Of a DNA stretch of 64,000 bases, positions 30,559 through 39,646 are shown piece after piece. The translations under genes and the position numbers were made by a program. The stretch covers positions 66,369-130,368 of the forward strand of contig JBAYIQ010000002.1 of NCBI GenBank assembly GCA_041665545.1, written 5' to 3'. The notes under the pieces were generated by a model. The model worked only from the letters and a program-made list of their open reading frames with translations. It made no database searches and was not told the origin of the DNA. Every line of letters starts with the position of its first letter. Position 1 is the first letter of the stretch. This DNA is from Patescibacteria group bacterium (GTDB lineage: Bacteria > Patescibacteriota > Patescibacteriia > UBA1558 > GWA2-36-10).

Positions 30559-30968
30559 ATTTTTGTTTTTTTTAATTGTCTTACTAAAAAATAGCACACT
30601 CCCAGGAAAATATAAACATCGCTCAAATTTAGGACAGTAAAATATGGCACATTGAAGTAGTCCACTACTCCGCCATACATAAGGCGATCCCAAATATTGC
30701 TGGCCGCCCCAATTATTATCAAAGCATAGGGCCAAAGATATTTTTTAGCTCCCTGCCAGTCTTTAAACCATAACCAAAGCAACAAAAAAAATATTATGGC
30801 TAGGATTGGATACAACACAGCCAGGGGCAAGGGCAAGGAAAAGGCAATATTTTTATTGATATACAAAGCAAAAACACTGCCACCTTCAGACAGTGTTTTT
30901 ACAAAAAATATTTTTAAGAATCTATCCAGGATTATTAAGCTCAAACATCCTAAATAGTATTTACGCAT
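30555..30968 (-). CDS. lspA: Lipoprotein signal peptidase II
   Basis: NKNIAFSL, GAASNIWDR, GVVDY, LNLSD. Confidence 0.88.
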   Translation of the reverse strand: MRKYYLGCLSLIILDRFLKIFFVKTLSEGGSVFALYINKNIAFSLPLPLAVLYPILAIIFFLLLWLWFKDWQGAKKYLWPYALIIIGAASNIWDRLMYGGVVDYFNVPYFTVLNLSDVYIFLGVCYFLVRQLKKTKI

Positions 30969-30972
30969 AATT

Positions 30973-31335
30973 TTACAAAGATTTTTTCTTGCAATCCATG
31001 CAAGCCGTGGCTGAAGGAAATGCTTCCAAGCGCTTGGGGTCAATGGGTTTGGAGCAAACTTCACACAAGCCATAATTCCCCTCATCTATTTTTTTCAAGG
31101 CCTTGTTAACATTATATAGGGAAATCTCCAAGGTTTTTTCTAGAGACAAATTCTTTTCAAAGTCAGCTACTTCGGCCGCATTTTCATCTTCTTTGTCCCC
31201 GTAATCCTCAAACTTGGCGCTAAAATCATTGCCCTCTACTTGGACCGTGTCTACGTTTAATTCGCGCAATATTTCTTCGCGTCTTTTTTCTAATTCGCTT
31301 TTTCTGTTTTCCAAAAATTTAGTGTCAACTGTCAT
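30973..31335 (-). CDS. TraR/DksA C4 zinc-finger protein
   Basis: YGLCEVC..I..KRLEAFPSATACMDC. Confidence 0.92.
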   Translation of the reverse strand: MTVDTKFLENRKSELEKRREEILRELNVDTVQVEGNDFSAKFEDYGDKEDENAAEVADFEKNLSLEKTLEISLYNVNKALKKIDEGNYGLCEVCSKPIDPKRLEAFPSATACMDCKKKSL

Positions 31336-31639
31336 GGTTTAGGTTTTAATTACCGTAAAATAATAACAAATATTAGGCAATTTGGCAAGAATGCCCTGCT
31401 TGGCTAAGATTTTTGTTCGAGTAAGGTTGAGCACAGCGAAACCGCATCGAGAACTATCTATTTAAACTTCTCGACTTCGCTCGAAGAAATAAGTAAATTT
31501 CAATTTTTTGACCCCATAACCTCGCCTTTATTTAGATTAGGATAAATAGGTCGCTCAGTACGGGGCAAGATGTGGCATTTTACAACAGCTTAAATAATAA
31601 AAAATACCGATATTTTAAAGAATGCTTGATAATTTTTTG

Positions 31640-32027
31640 ACAAAACAAACAGGACGCATCCGAGCACCCCTAATAGCGTTAGCTTTGTGGGCCGTAAGTG
31701 CGCCCCGTAGCGTCTTCACGATAGCTTGTGACGCATTTGTTGCGTCTGTAAGTTCAATTGGCTTGAAACTTTAGCATATGTTGTTGTGAAAACGTCATTG
31801 TGATTCATTCCGACTCAGAATCATTGTAGAACTCCACCATTTAGTGGAAATATCTCGTTGCCTATCCGACAACAGGATTTTCCTTTTTGTATTTTGTTTT
31901 TGTTTTTGCTTTTTTCAAGCGTCGGTGGCTTGATAAATCAAAACAGTGAAGCTCTTAGAGCTAGACACTACTTTATCACAAGTAATGTGCAGTTCTAAAA
32001 TATTGTTCAAGGTACTTATTTATCAAC
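31640..32027 (-). ncRNA. Putative ~385-nt structured non-coding RNA, class unknown
   Basis: Strong promoter, many hairpins, long-range TAGAACT/AGTTCTA helix, terminal hairpin + U-tract, no ORF of 60 aa or more. Confidence 0.65.
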
Positions 32028-32033
32028 AATATA

Positions 32034-32062
32034 AGTATATCATATTTTTACTTTTGTGTCAA
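32034..32062 (-). promoter_or_regulatory. Sigma70 promoter TTGACA-N17-TATACT with extended -10
   Basis: Read directly from sequence. Confidence 0.85.
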
Positions 32063-32131
32063 AGCTAATACTTGGCTAAAATTAGCAAAAATAATTAGAT
32101 ATTTTTCTGATTGTTGACAACTTTGTCAAAA

Positions 32132-32161
32132 CAATCCACAACTATCAACAAGTTATCCACA
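32132..32161 (+). promoter_or_regulatory. Three tandem DnaA-box-like 9-mers
   Basis: CAATCCACA, CTATCAACA and perfect TTATCCACA (32153-32161). Confidence 0.5.
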
Positions 32162-32381
32162 CGCCTTCGCTCACCTAGTGAGCTTCGGCGATGCAGGCAC
32201 CTATTTTTGAGCAATTTATAGCCATTTTTTAAGTTCTAGGCCTGTGTAGAAGATAATAAAATAATTTTTGATATTGACATAATCAATATATTATGATATA
32301 TTAGCTTGAAAACCGAAAAATGATCTGTCGCTTGACAGATCATCCCATTGGTCCCGCACCTCAAACCGTGGAGGAAAAGTC

Positions 32382-32558
32382 ATGAAATTGGAATTTTTTC
32401 GTGAGGACCTGCGTCCGGAGTATCGCGAAACTCCCACCAGCCAGGTCTCTTTCAAGCACCTCAACCAGCAAGCGCAGGAAGCCCTGCGTATCGTAAAGCA
32501 CGGCACCTTCTTCAACGAAAACAGGGACTCCTACAACGTGATTTACGTCCCGCGATAA
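32382..32558 (+). CDS. 58-aa hypothetical protein (below ORF-track cutoff)
   Basis: GGAGG SD; MKLEFFREDLRPEY...YVPR; TTGACA-N17-TATATT promoter upstream. Confidence 0.65.
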   Translation: MKLEFFREDLRPEYRETPTSQVSFKHLNQQAQEALRIVKHGTFFNENRDSYNVIYVPR

Positions 32559-32620
32559 GCCCACCTACCCAGAGTCGGGCGCATCCGACTAACCCGTTTT
32601 TCATCAAGGGGGGTGAAATC

Positions 32621-32818
32621 ATGAAACAGGTCAAGATCTTCATGGCTGGTTCGTGTGACAAACACTTTGAAGCCGAAGTCAACAAATGGCTGTCAGCGCA
32701 ACCTCCGGATATCGAGATCATATCCCTTCACTCAGATTCCTCTGCAACAAGCGTAGGGGGCGGCACCGTTTTCGTTTACACCATCGTGATTCTCTACCAC
32801 ATCCAGAAGTTCTCCTGA
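32621..32818 (+). CDS. Small Cse60/DUF2758-like protein
   Basis: VKIF..FEAEVNKWL..IEII..IVILY pattern. Confidence 0.65.
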   Translation: MKQVKIFMAGSCDKHFEAEVNKWLSAQPPDIEIISLHSDSSATSVGGGTVFVYTIVILYHIQKFS

Positions 32819-32883
32819 ACCAACGTCGCCGTGGAGTCCGAGCGCATCAACTAACCTGTTTTTCACCAAAGGGAGGTGAAATT

Positions 32884-33090
32884 ATGGAGCATGTCAAAGT
32901 ATTCGTGGGCAATTCACTTACGGGTATCCAAATTATGATAGATGAAGTGAATGCGTGGCTTGCAGCAACGGAGAATAAAGATATCGAGGTGTTGCAACGT
33001 CATGTTTTCTGCCCTACCGAGGTCAATCATGATGGCACAAGCATCACCACTTGCATCATCGTGATCTTCTACCGCCACAGAGAGGTGTAG
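32884..33090 (+). CDS. Small Cse60/DUF2758-like protein (paralog)
   Basis: GGAGGTG SD; VKVF..EVNAWL..DIEVL..IVIFY. Confidence 0.65.
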   Translation: MEHVKVFVGNSLTGIQIMIDEVNAWLAATENKDIEVLQRHVFCPTEVNHDGTSITTCIIVIFYRHREV

Positions 33091-33200
33091 ACCCACCTTC
33101 CTGGAGCCAAACACAACGGCTCCCGCACGCAACCCATTCGATACACATCGAAGCGTCAGGGTTGCTTTCTTTTACGCAAAAATAAAAACCACTGAATATG

Positions 33201-33390
33201 GTCATTGCGAGCCCCGCCGCGTCAGACGCGGCGGGGCGTGGCAATCTACAAGCGTGGATTGCTTCGCTACGCTCGCAATGACAAAAAACCACTGACTTTC
33301 TATGCCGTCATTCCCGCGAAAGCGGGAATCCACACGGATATTATAAATATTAAATTATCATGTCATCATCGGGTCAAGCCCGATGATGAC
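33201..33390. repeat. Cluster of REP/RPE-like palindromes
   Basis: GTCATTGCGAG..GCAATC/GATTGC..CTCGCAATGAC; GTCATTCCCGCGAAAGCGGGAATC; GTCATCATCGGG..CCCGATGATGAC. Confidence 0.8.
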
Positions 33391-33405
33391 ATGATAGAAT
33401 CATCT

Positions 33406-34767
33406 TTAACGAAAACAAGCCCTAAAACCAATCTGCTGGTTATTTTCGTAAGAAAATACTGTCAAATTATTTATTTTTTTATCTAGCAAGGCTTTTTTTA
33501 TAGTTTCATCTTTAATTTTGGCACTATTTACTTGCACCAAATCAATGATTTGATAGTCCCCGGCCAACTGGCACTGGCCCAAATAACTCTGCATATCATA
33601 CTTACTGACCAAAGTGGCCTGAATAATTGATTCACTGTTTGACAAATAGTAGCTGGAGTCAATTTGCGCGCCATAAAGCTCGCCAAAATACCAATAATCC
33701 TTGGCCTGGTAGCTCAATTTTTCTATGACTGCTTCTTGACCGCTAATATATTCGGTGTAGACCGTGCCATCGGGCAGGCGATTTTTGGTTTCCTGCAAAT
33801 TAAGATTTGGTACCCAATCATTTATCCTTGACTGCCAATCCTCAGAACCCACCATCAGCCATTTATCATTGGCCAGATAAATATAATTATTTTTGAGAAT
33901 TTGCTCCTCTATTTTTTTGGCTGACAGTCGATAATATGGCAATTCGCCAAATAAGGGCTGTAAAATACTTTGGCTGACTACTGCTTGCCACTTATCTGGA
34001 GCATGTTCACCAAAACCAAATACCAAATCAGCGCCTAGTGGGAAATTGGCCTTGTTTGGCCAGACATCAGTACTACTAGCATTGATTACTTGTCTCAATT
34101 TCACCTGCCAAACATGAATATTTAATTGCCCGTCTTTTTGTTGGTAGATATTGGCGTAAATATTTGGCAAACCAGTATCTAGTTTCAGCCATTCGGTCAA
34201 AGCCGACAGAAACTCGGGCGCATTTTTTTTGGACCAAAAAATATTGATTCCTAAAGAGATGTTATTACTAGCCACTTCCATTCTTGACTGCTCATTATAG
34301 TGATTTGTCAGCCAAGGATCAGCACTGACTAACAAAATATCATTATCAATTAATAGATAACTATACTCTGGCCTATTTGTTGCCAGCCATTTGGTCACTT
34401 GCTTGGCATTATCTAGGCGTAGTAGAAAATTATCATCACTCAAAGATTCAGTTTTGAACCAAACTATTTCTTTGGCGCTAAAAAAACCATCCAACAGTAA
34501 CTTTTTTAGTTCCTCAATCTTAGTGGTCGGCTCGGTAGTGTCTATAATAGCCAATTTACTAATATCTAAACTTTTGTAAGTTGCCAGGTCAGACCAGTGA
34601 TAATAAAAAGTAGTATTTTGGGGCAAATACATCAGCAATGGCTGGCTGGATTTCTTAGGTGCTAGCAACATGACCGCTATTCCCAAAATCACCACACCCA
34701 AAAAAAGCCACCAAGCTTTACTTGGCAATAAAGTAAATTTTATGGTTGGCTTTTTTTCAGTGACCAC
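33406..34767 (-). CDS. Hypothetical membrane-anchored protein
   Basis: 453-aa ORF, N-terminal TM, directly after pnp. Confidence 0.75.
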   Translation of the reverse strand: MVTEKKPTIKFTLLPSKAWWLFLGVVILGIAVMLLAPKKSSQPLLMYLPQNTTFYYHWSDLATYKSLDISKLAIIDTTEPTTKIEELKKLLLDGFFSAKEIVWFKTESLSDDNFLLRLDNAKQVTKWLATNRPEYSYLLIDNDILLVSADPWLTNHYNEQSRMEVASNNISLGINIFWSKKNAPEFLSALTEWLKLDTGLPNIYANIYQQKDGQLNIHVWQVKLRQVINASSTDVWPNKANFPLGADLVFGFGEHAPDKWQAVVSQSILQPLFGELPYYRLSAKKIEEQILKNNYIYLANDKWLMVGSEDWQSRINDWVPNLNLQETKNRLPDGTVYTEYISGQEAVIEKLSYQAKDYWYFGELYGAQIDSSYYLSNSESIIQATLVSKYDMQSYLGQCQLAGDYQIIDLVQVNSAKIKDETIKKALLDKKINNLTVFSYENNQQIGFRACFR

Positions 34768-34769
34768 TT

Positions 34770-36974
34770 TTATTTTTTAAAAAATGGTTTTTTATTAAAT
34801 GGTTTTTTAAATACTGGTCGATCCACATAGCCCTCGGGTCTGGGTAGTAAGTCTTTGATAGACAAGCTAATTTTGTTGTTGGCTGTGTCAACGTCAACTA
34901 CTTTGACTTTGACCTGGTCGCCAACTTTCAAGACATCGCTGACTTTCTCAATGCGGTTGTAGGCAATCTGAGAAATGTGCACCATGCCATCTTTACCGGG
35001 TAATAATTCCACAATGGCACCAATCTCACTACCACTATTCCTGTCTTTGATGATTTGAATTACTTGACCATCATAGATCTCGCCAATCACAATGTCTCGG
35101 ACAATATTTTCCACCCACTCTTTGGCTTTTTGCGCGCCATCTTGGTCAGTGGAGGTGATCAAGACCAAACCACTCTGCTCAATATCAATCTGCACATTAC
35201 ATTTGGCAATAATTTCATTGATAATCTTACCGCCAGTGCCAATGACGTCTCTGATCTTGTCCGGATTGATCTGTAGAGTAATAATTCTCGGCGCATATTG
35301 TGATAATTCTGCTCGGGGTGTGGCAATGACTTTTTTCATGACTTCCAAAATTTTCATTCTGGCTTCACGAGCCCTACCCAAAGTTTCTTTGACTATTTTG
35401 TAGCTAATACCACCTAATTTTATATCAAGCTGTAAGGCCGTAATGCCTTTTTCCGTGCCAGCTACTTTGAAATCCATGTGTCCAGAGTGATCTTCTATGC
35501 CTTGGATGTCGGTCAATATCTCATAGCGATTTTTGTCTTTTTCGTCCAGCACCAAACCCATGGCAATACCAGCCACTGGAGCAGAAATTGGCACTCCCGC
35601 GTCCATCAAGGAAAGTGTGGAGCCACAAATTGAAGCTTGAGAGGAAGAGCCGTTTGATTCCAAGACTTCTGACACCACTCTGATGGTATAGGGAAAATCT
35701 TCGTCCTTTGGTAATACTGGCAACAAAGCTTTTTCCGCCAAAGCACCATGGCCAATTTCTCGGCGACCTGGACCTCTGAGGGGTTTGACTTCGCCAACCG
35801 AAAATCCGGGAAAATTATAATGGTGCATGTATTTTTTGGCGCCGGATTCTTCCATGCTGTCCAAGGTCTGCTCATCACCCGGGGCACCCAAAGTAACAAT
35901 TGATAATACTTGCGTTTCACCGCGACTAAATAAACCACTACCATGCGTGCGTGGCAAGATAGCCACCTCGGCTGACAAAGATCTAATCTCATCCATTTTG
36001 CGGCCATCGGGTCTTTGCTTTTTTTCCAAAACCAAAGATATAAATGCTTTTTCCAAACTCGTGTCAAACATGGTCATACCAATAGCGCGAGCATCTTTGG
36101 AAACTTCATTGTCATCCTTCAAGGCCTGATCCAGCTCGGCTTTGACCTCTTCAATCATTTGCTTGGTTTTTGATTTGTCAGCGTGAAAACAAGAGCCCAA
36201 ATCTCTGCCTTGGAAAAAATTACTTACTTTTTCTGCTACTAATTTTTGCAAAGCTTGCTTTTCTTCATCAATTACTGCTTCGTGCTTGGCCACTCCGATT
36301 TCTTTGATAATATCTTCGATAAAAGGTATTAATTTTCTAATGTGTTTGCCGGCAAACTCAACGGCTTCAACTATAATATCTTCTTTGACTTGCTTGGCGC
36401 CGGATTCAATCATTACTACTTCATCTATAGTTCCTACCACAAACAAATCTAAGTCACTTTTTTGCCGAGCTTCAACTGTGGGGTTGATAACCAGCTCATC
36501 ATTGATGCGACCTATTTTTATAGCAGCCACTGGACCACTCCAAGGTATGGGTGAAATGCCCAAAGCAACTGAGGCGGCAATCAAACTAGGAAATTCCGGA
36601 TCATTGATGCCGTCATAAGACAAAACTGTCAAAACCACCTGCACATCAGTGCGCTCAGTTTCTTTGAATAGTGGTCTGATAGAGCGATCAATCAAACGCG
36701 AGGTCAAAATGGCCTCGTCAGTTGCTCGACCTTCTCTTTTTATAAAACGCGAGCCCTTGATTTTGCCCGCGGCATACAAACGCTCTTCATAGTCAACTAG
36801 CAAAGGAAAATAATCCACTCCTTCGCGCGCTTGTCGTGACATAACAGCCGTAGCCAAAACTACTGTCTCCCCATAAGAAACAGTACAAGACCCTTGAGCT
36901 TGTTTTGCTAGCTTGCCGATTTCTATTTTGAGATCACGGCCAGCTATTTCGGTAGTAAATTGTTTACTAGCCAT
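34770..36974 (-). CDS. pnp: Polyribonucleotide nucleotidyltransferase
   Basis: RREIGHG, SNGSSS, DFKVAG, KH and S1 domains. Confidence 0.98.
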   Translation of the reverse strand: MASKQFTTEIAGRDLKIEIGKLAKQAQGSCTVSYGETVVLATAVMSRQAREGVDYFPLLVDYEERLYAAGKIKGSRFIKREGRATDEAILTSRLIDRSIRPLFKETERTDVQVVLTVLSYDGINDPEFPSLIAASVALGISPIPWSGPVAAIKIGRINDELVINPTVEARQKSDLDLFVVGTIDEVVMIESGAKQVKEDIIVEAVEFAGKHIRKLIPFIEDIIKEIGVAKHEAVIDEEKQALQKLVAEKVSNFFQGRDLGSCFHADKSKTKQMIEEVKAELDQALKDDNEVSKDARAIGMTMFDTSLEKAFISLVLEKKQRPDGRKMDEIRSLSAEVAILPRTHGSGLFSRGETQVLSIVTLGAPGDEQTLDSMEESGAKKYMHHYNFPGFSVGEVKPLRGPGRREIGHGALAEKALLPVLPKDEDFPYTIRVVSEVLESNGSSSQASICGSTLSLMDAGVPISAPVAGIAMGLVLDEKDKNRYEILTDIQGIEDHSGHMDFKVAGTEKGITALQLDIKLGGISYKIVKETLGRAREARMKILEVMKKVIATPRAELSQYAPRIITLQINPDKIRDVIGTGGKIINEIIAKCNVQIDIEQSGLVLITSTDQDGAQKAKEWVENIVRDIVIGEIYDGQVIQIIKDRNSGSEIGAIVELLPGKDGMVHISQIAYNRIEKVSDVLKVGDQVKVKVVDVDTANNKISLSIKDLLPRPEGYVDRPVFKKPFNKKPFFKK

Positions 36975-37146
36975 AAAATTAACTTTCCTGGCAAAATGGC
37001 TAGTACTAGTTGATGTGACAAATTGCAGGCAAGCTAAATAGAGCGTGACTATAATCTGCCAACCAACCTTCGGCTAGCTTCATTTTACCTTAATTATTTT
37101 TACACAAGAGCCCTTGTATTATACAAGGGCTTGGCTTGCGATTTTT

Positions 37147-37503
37147 TTATTCTTTTTCAACTTTTTCTTCGCTTTTGACCTCTTCCGGAGCGCCCAAGAC
37201 AATCTCATCTTTGAGTATGTCTAGCTTTTCTTTACGATTGAACTTGAGACCCAAAACATTGATCAGTTTGGAAAAGCGTTTTTCATCTTCACGCTCCAAA
37301 TAGCGCAATAGCTTGTGGCGCAAAGACACTTTGGCTATCAAACCACGGCGAGAAGAAAAATCTTTCTTATTTTCCTTCAAGTGCCTGGTCAGCTCTTTGA
37401 CTTCCTCGGTGAGAATTGCAATCTGTACTTCTGGTGAACCAGTGTCATTTTTGTGTGTCTTAAATTTTTCAATCAGTTTAAGCTTTTTTTTCTTGTCCAA
37501 CAT
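37147..37503 (-). CDS. rpsO: 30S ribosomal protein S15 with charged C-terminal extension
   Basis: DTGSPEVQIAILT; DFSSRRGL. Confidence 0.95.
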   Translation of the reverse strand: MLDKKKKLKLIEKFKTHKNDTGSPEVQIAILTEEVKELTRHLKENKKDFSSRRGLIAKVSLRHKLLRYLEREDEKRFSKLINVLGLKFNRKEKLDILKDEIVLGAPEEVKSEEKVEKE

Positions 37504-37683
37504 TTTTTTGCCCTTATTACCATTGACTGAGCCAGACCTCAATAGTCAAAATCACTGTCAGGTCAAACCAAGCCAAAAGTATCAATAATTAAGTGCTTGG
37601 ATATTAACATTTTTGCTATAATAAGTCAATTCCGTAAGATCTGAAATATACGCTAATTATTAAGCCCACTGGCGCACCAGAAT

Positions 37684-37804
37684 GTCATCCCGGACTCCCG
37701 CCCGACACGCCTGACCGGCGGTCATGGCGGGCGGGTGATCCGGGATCTACCATTGATTTGCCATTGGTATGATTATGGTAGATTCCCGCCTTCGCGGGAA
37801 TGAC
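37684..37804 (+). repeat. Composite REP-like element with nested insertion
   Basis: Inverted near-copy at 39496-39623. Confidence 0.85.
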
Positions 37805-37931
37805 AGCTGATGGTGCGCTAGTTTCTTGAACTCGCCTACCTAAAACTTGCTAAAAAACCAATAATATTCTAACATATTGTTTTCCTCGCCATCATGAACA
37901 TTCCCAAAACGTCCGGCCAACAAGGAGGCCA

Positions 37932-38150
37932 GTGATGATTTCGTTGATTTTTTTGTGGTTCGGCTGGCTTTTTTTCTTCGCCAGCATAATACTGTCCGCG
38001 ACCAAGCCGATGGCAAGCGGAGTAAGCAACCTCCCGGCCGCCAGCTACCTTATGCTCCTGGCCATCTTTTTTTACGTCGCGTCCCACGACACCAGGAAAA
38101 AGGTCGTCATTGCCCCGACCAACAGCGCTCCAACCAACGGTCAGGGCTAG
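37932..38150 (+). CDS. Small 2-TM protein (SD-led)
   Basis: AAGGAGG SD; terminator ~38177-38224. Confidence 0.65.
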   Translation: MMISLIFLWFGWLFFFASIILSATKPMASGVSNLPAASYLMLLAIFFYVASHDTRKKVVIAPTNSAPTNGQG

Positions 38151-38313
38151 CATCTCACCACCCCGCTCTTTCCACGGCCCGCCACTTCCACCATCACATG
38201 GATTCAAGTGGCGGGCTTTTATTTTACTTAAAAACTTGCCTTTGGCAATAAAATTAATTACAATGCCTATGAACGCCTGTTCATCCATCACATTACATAA
38301 AGGAGCAAGTGCC

Positions 38314-38553
38314 ATGGAACCGAGCGAAGACTACGGAAGGGTTGGCGACCACAGAGTGCTGTCAGAATTCTTTGGCGAAGAAGAGTCAGACGAAAGCGAA
38401 GCCGAGGTCTTTGCTAGACTCACCGATGAAAGAAACCCCGGTGTACGAGCATTGAATAGTAGTCTAAGGATAGCCCATTTGATTGGGATTGGCGCCTTGC
38501 TACCATCAGCATTCGGCAACCCCTCTGGCTTTCGACTGGCCGAACCACTATAG
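38314..38553 (+). CDS. Small acidic hypothetical protein (SD-led)
   Basis: AAAGGAG before MEPSE; terminator ~38583-38620. Confidence 0.6.
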   Translation: MEPSEDYGRVGDHRVLSEFFGEEESDESEAEVFARLTDERNPGVRALNSSLRIAHLIGIGALLPSAFGNPSGFRLAEPL

Positions 38554-38656
38554 ACGACTATCCGCCAACTTGCTTGCTTCTGGCCCGTCCCTCGACCATA
38601 CCTGGGGCGGGCTTTTATTTTTGTTATTTTGTGTCGTTTTATGCTAAGATATAATC

Positions 38657-39475
38657 ATGGACAAAACCTCGCTAAACAAATATCGACTATATCTAAAAAG
38701 TAAGGAGCTAAAAAATAGCACTGTCAAAAATTATTGCTGGCATGTACAACAGTTTTTACTATGGAGTGAAAATAAATCCGCCAGAGGCGGACCCGCCTTT
38801 GGCGGGAAAATTACTACCCTTATTTTAAAAAAATATAATGATTTTTTGCTAGCTAAACAAAAAAATATTGGTAGCATTAATCTGCGTTTTGTTATTCTCA
38901 ACAATTATTTAAGTTTTTTAAATATAAAATATTCCTTTACCCTACTTTCCCAAGAAAAAAATAGATTAAAAGCCATGGATCCAGTGCAACTGCAAAACTT
39001 TTTGGATCAGCCCTTGAAGAAAAAAAATTTATTGGGCTTCCGTGACAAGGCCTTGCTGGAAATATTGTATGTCAGTGGCTTGAAGGTCAGTGATTTGGTG
39101 AATATAAAAAAAGAACAAGTGGATTTTTTGAGCCGTGAGATTATTCTTAAAAATAAACACCTAAATCTACCACCTTATACTCTGCACTATTTAGAAAAAT
39201 ACTTAAATTTTCGCCGTGACAAAAATCCTTATTTATTTATCAACTTTGATCGCAGTAAAAAAGCGGGTGATACTCATTTGTCAGTCCGCTCTGTAGAACG
39301 CCTCATTGAAAAATACGCTTATGTCTTACGTCCACGGCTAAAAGTGACTCCCCAAATCTTACGCAACACCTTGGCTTACCAGCTCAAAATGCAAGGCACT
39401 AAAAATTTAGGAATTAAAGAGGCACTACATTTTAAAACAAAGGTAGCGGCTACTAATTATTTTAATAGATTATAA
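38657..39475 (+). CDS. XerC/D-like tyrosine recombinase with degenerate active site
   Basis: RDKALLEILYVSGLKVSDL; LSVRSVERL; VTPQILRN; ATNY. Confidence 0.85.
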   Translation: MDKTSLNKYRLYLKSKELKNSTVKNYCWHVQQFLLWSENKSARGGPAFGGKITTLILKKYNDFLLAKQKNIGSINLRFVILNNYLSFLNIKYSFTLLSQEKNRLKAMDPVQLQNFLDQPLKKKNLLGFRDKALLEILYVSGLKVSDLVNIKKEQVDFLSREIILKNKHLNLPPYTLHYLEKYLNFRRDKNPYLFINFDRSKKAGDTHLSVRSVERLIEKYAYVLRPRLKVTPQILRNTLAYQLKMQGTKNLGIKEALHFKTKVAATNYFNRL

Positions 39476-39495
39476 AAAATCGTTCCCTTTATCCT

Positions 39496-39623
39496 GTCAT
39501 TCCCGCGAAAGCGGGAATCTACCATTGTCACACCAATGGCAAATTAATGGTAGATCCCGGATCTCCTCGAGTCTGAGCGACGAGGTCGCTAGACCTCGGA
39601 GTCGATGACAAGTCCGGGATGAC
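39496..39623 (-). repeat. Composite REP-like element with nested insertion
   Basis: Reverse complement matches 37684-37804 apart from the nested loop insert and a few substitutions. Confidence 0.85.
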
Positions 39624-39646
39624 ATTACTGGGAGCGATTTTTTTAG

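Noticed and set aside
31640-32027. tmRNA or RNase P RNA
   Set aside because: CTCCACCA (plus strand ~31832) has no T-arm before it. AAGGAAAATCC only loosely resembles RNase P CR-I and no CR-V is seen. No convincing tag peptide.
32020-32252. Replication origin
   Set aside because: No dnaA/dnaN and no obvious strand-composition switch by eye; kept only as a DnaA-box cluster.
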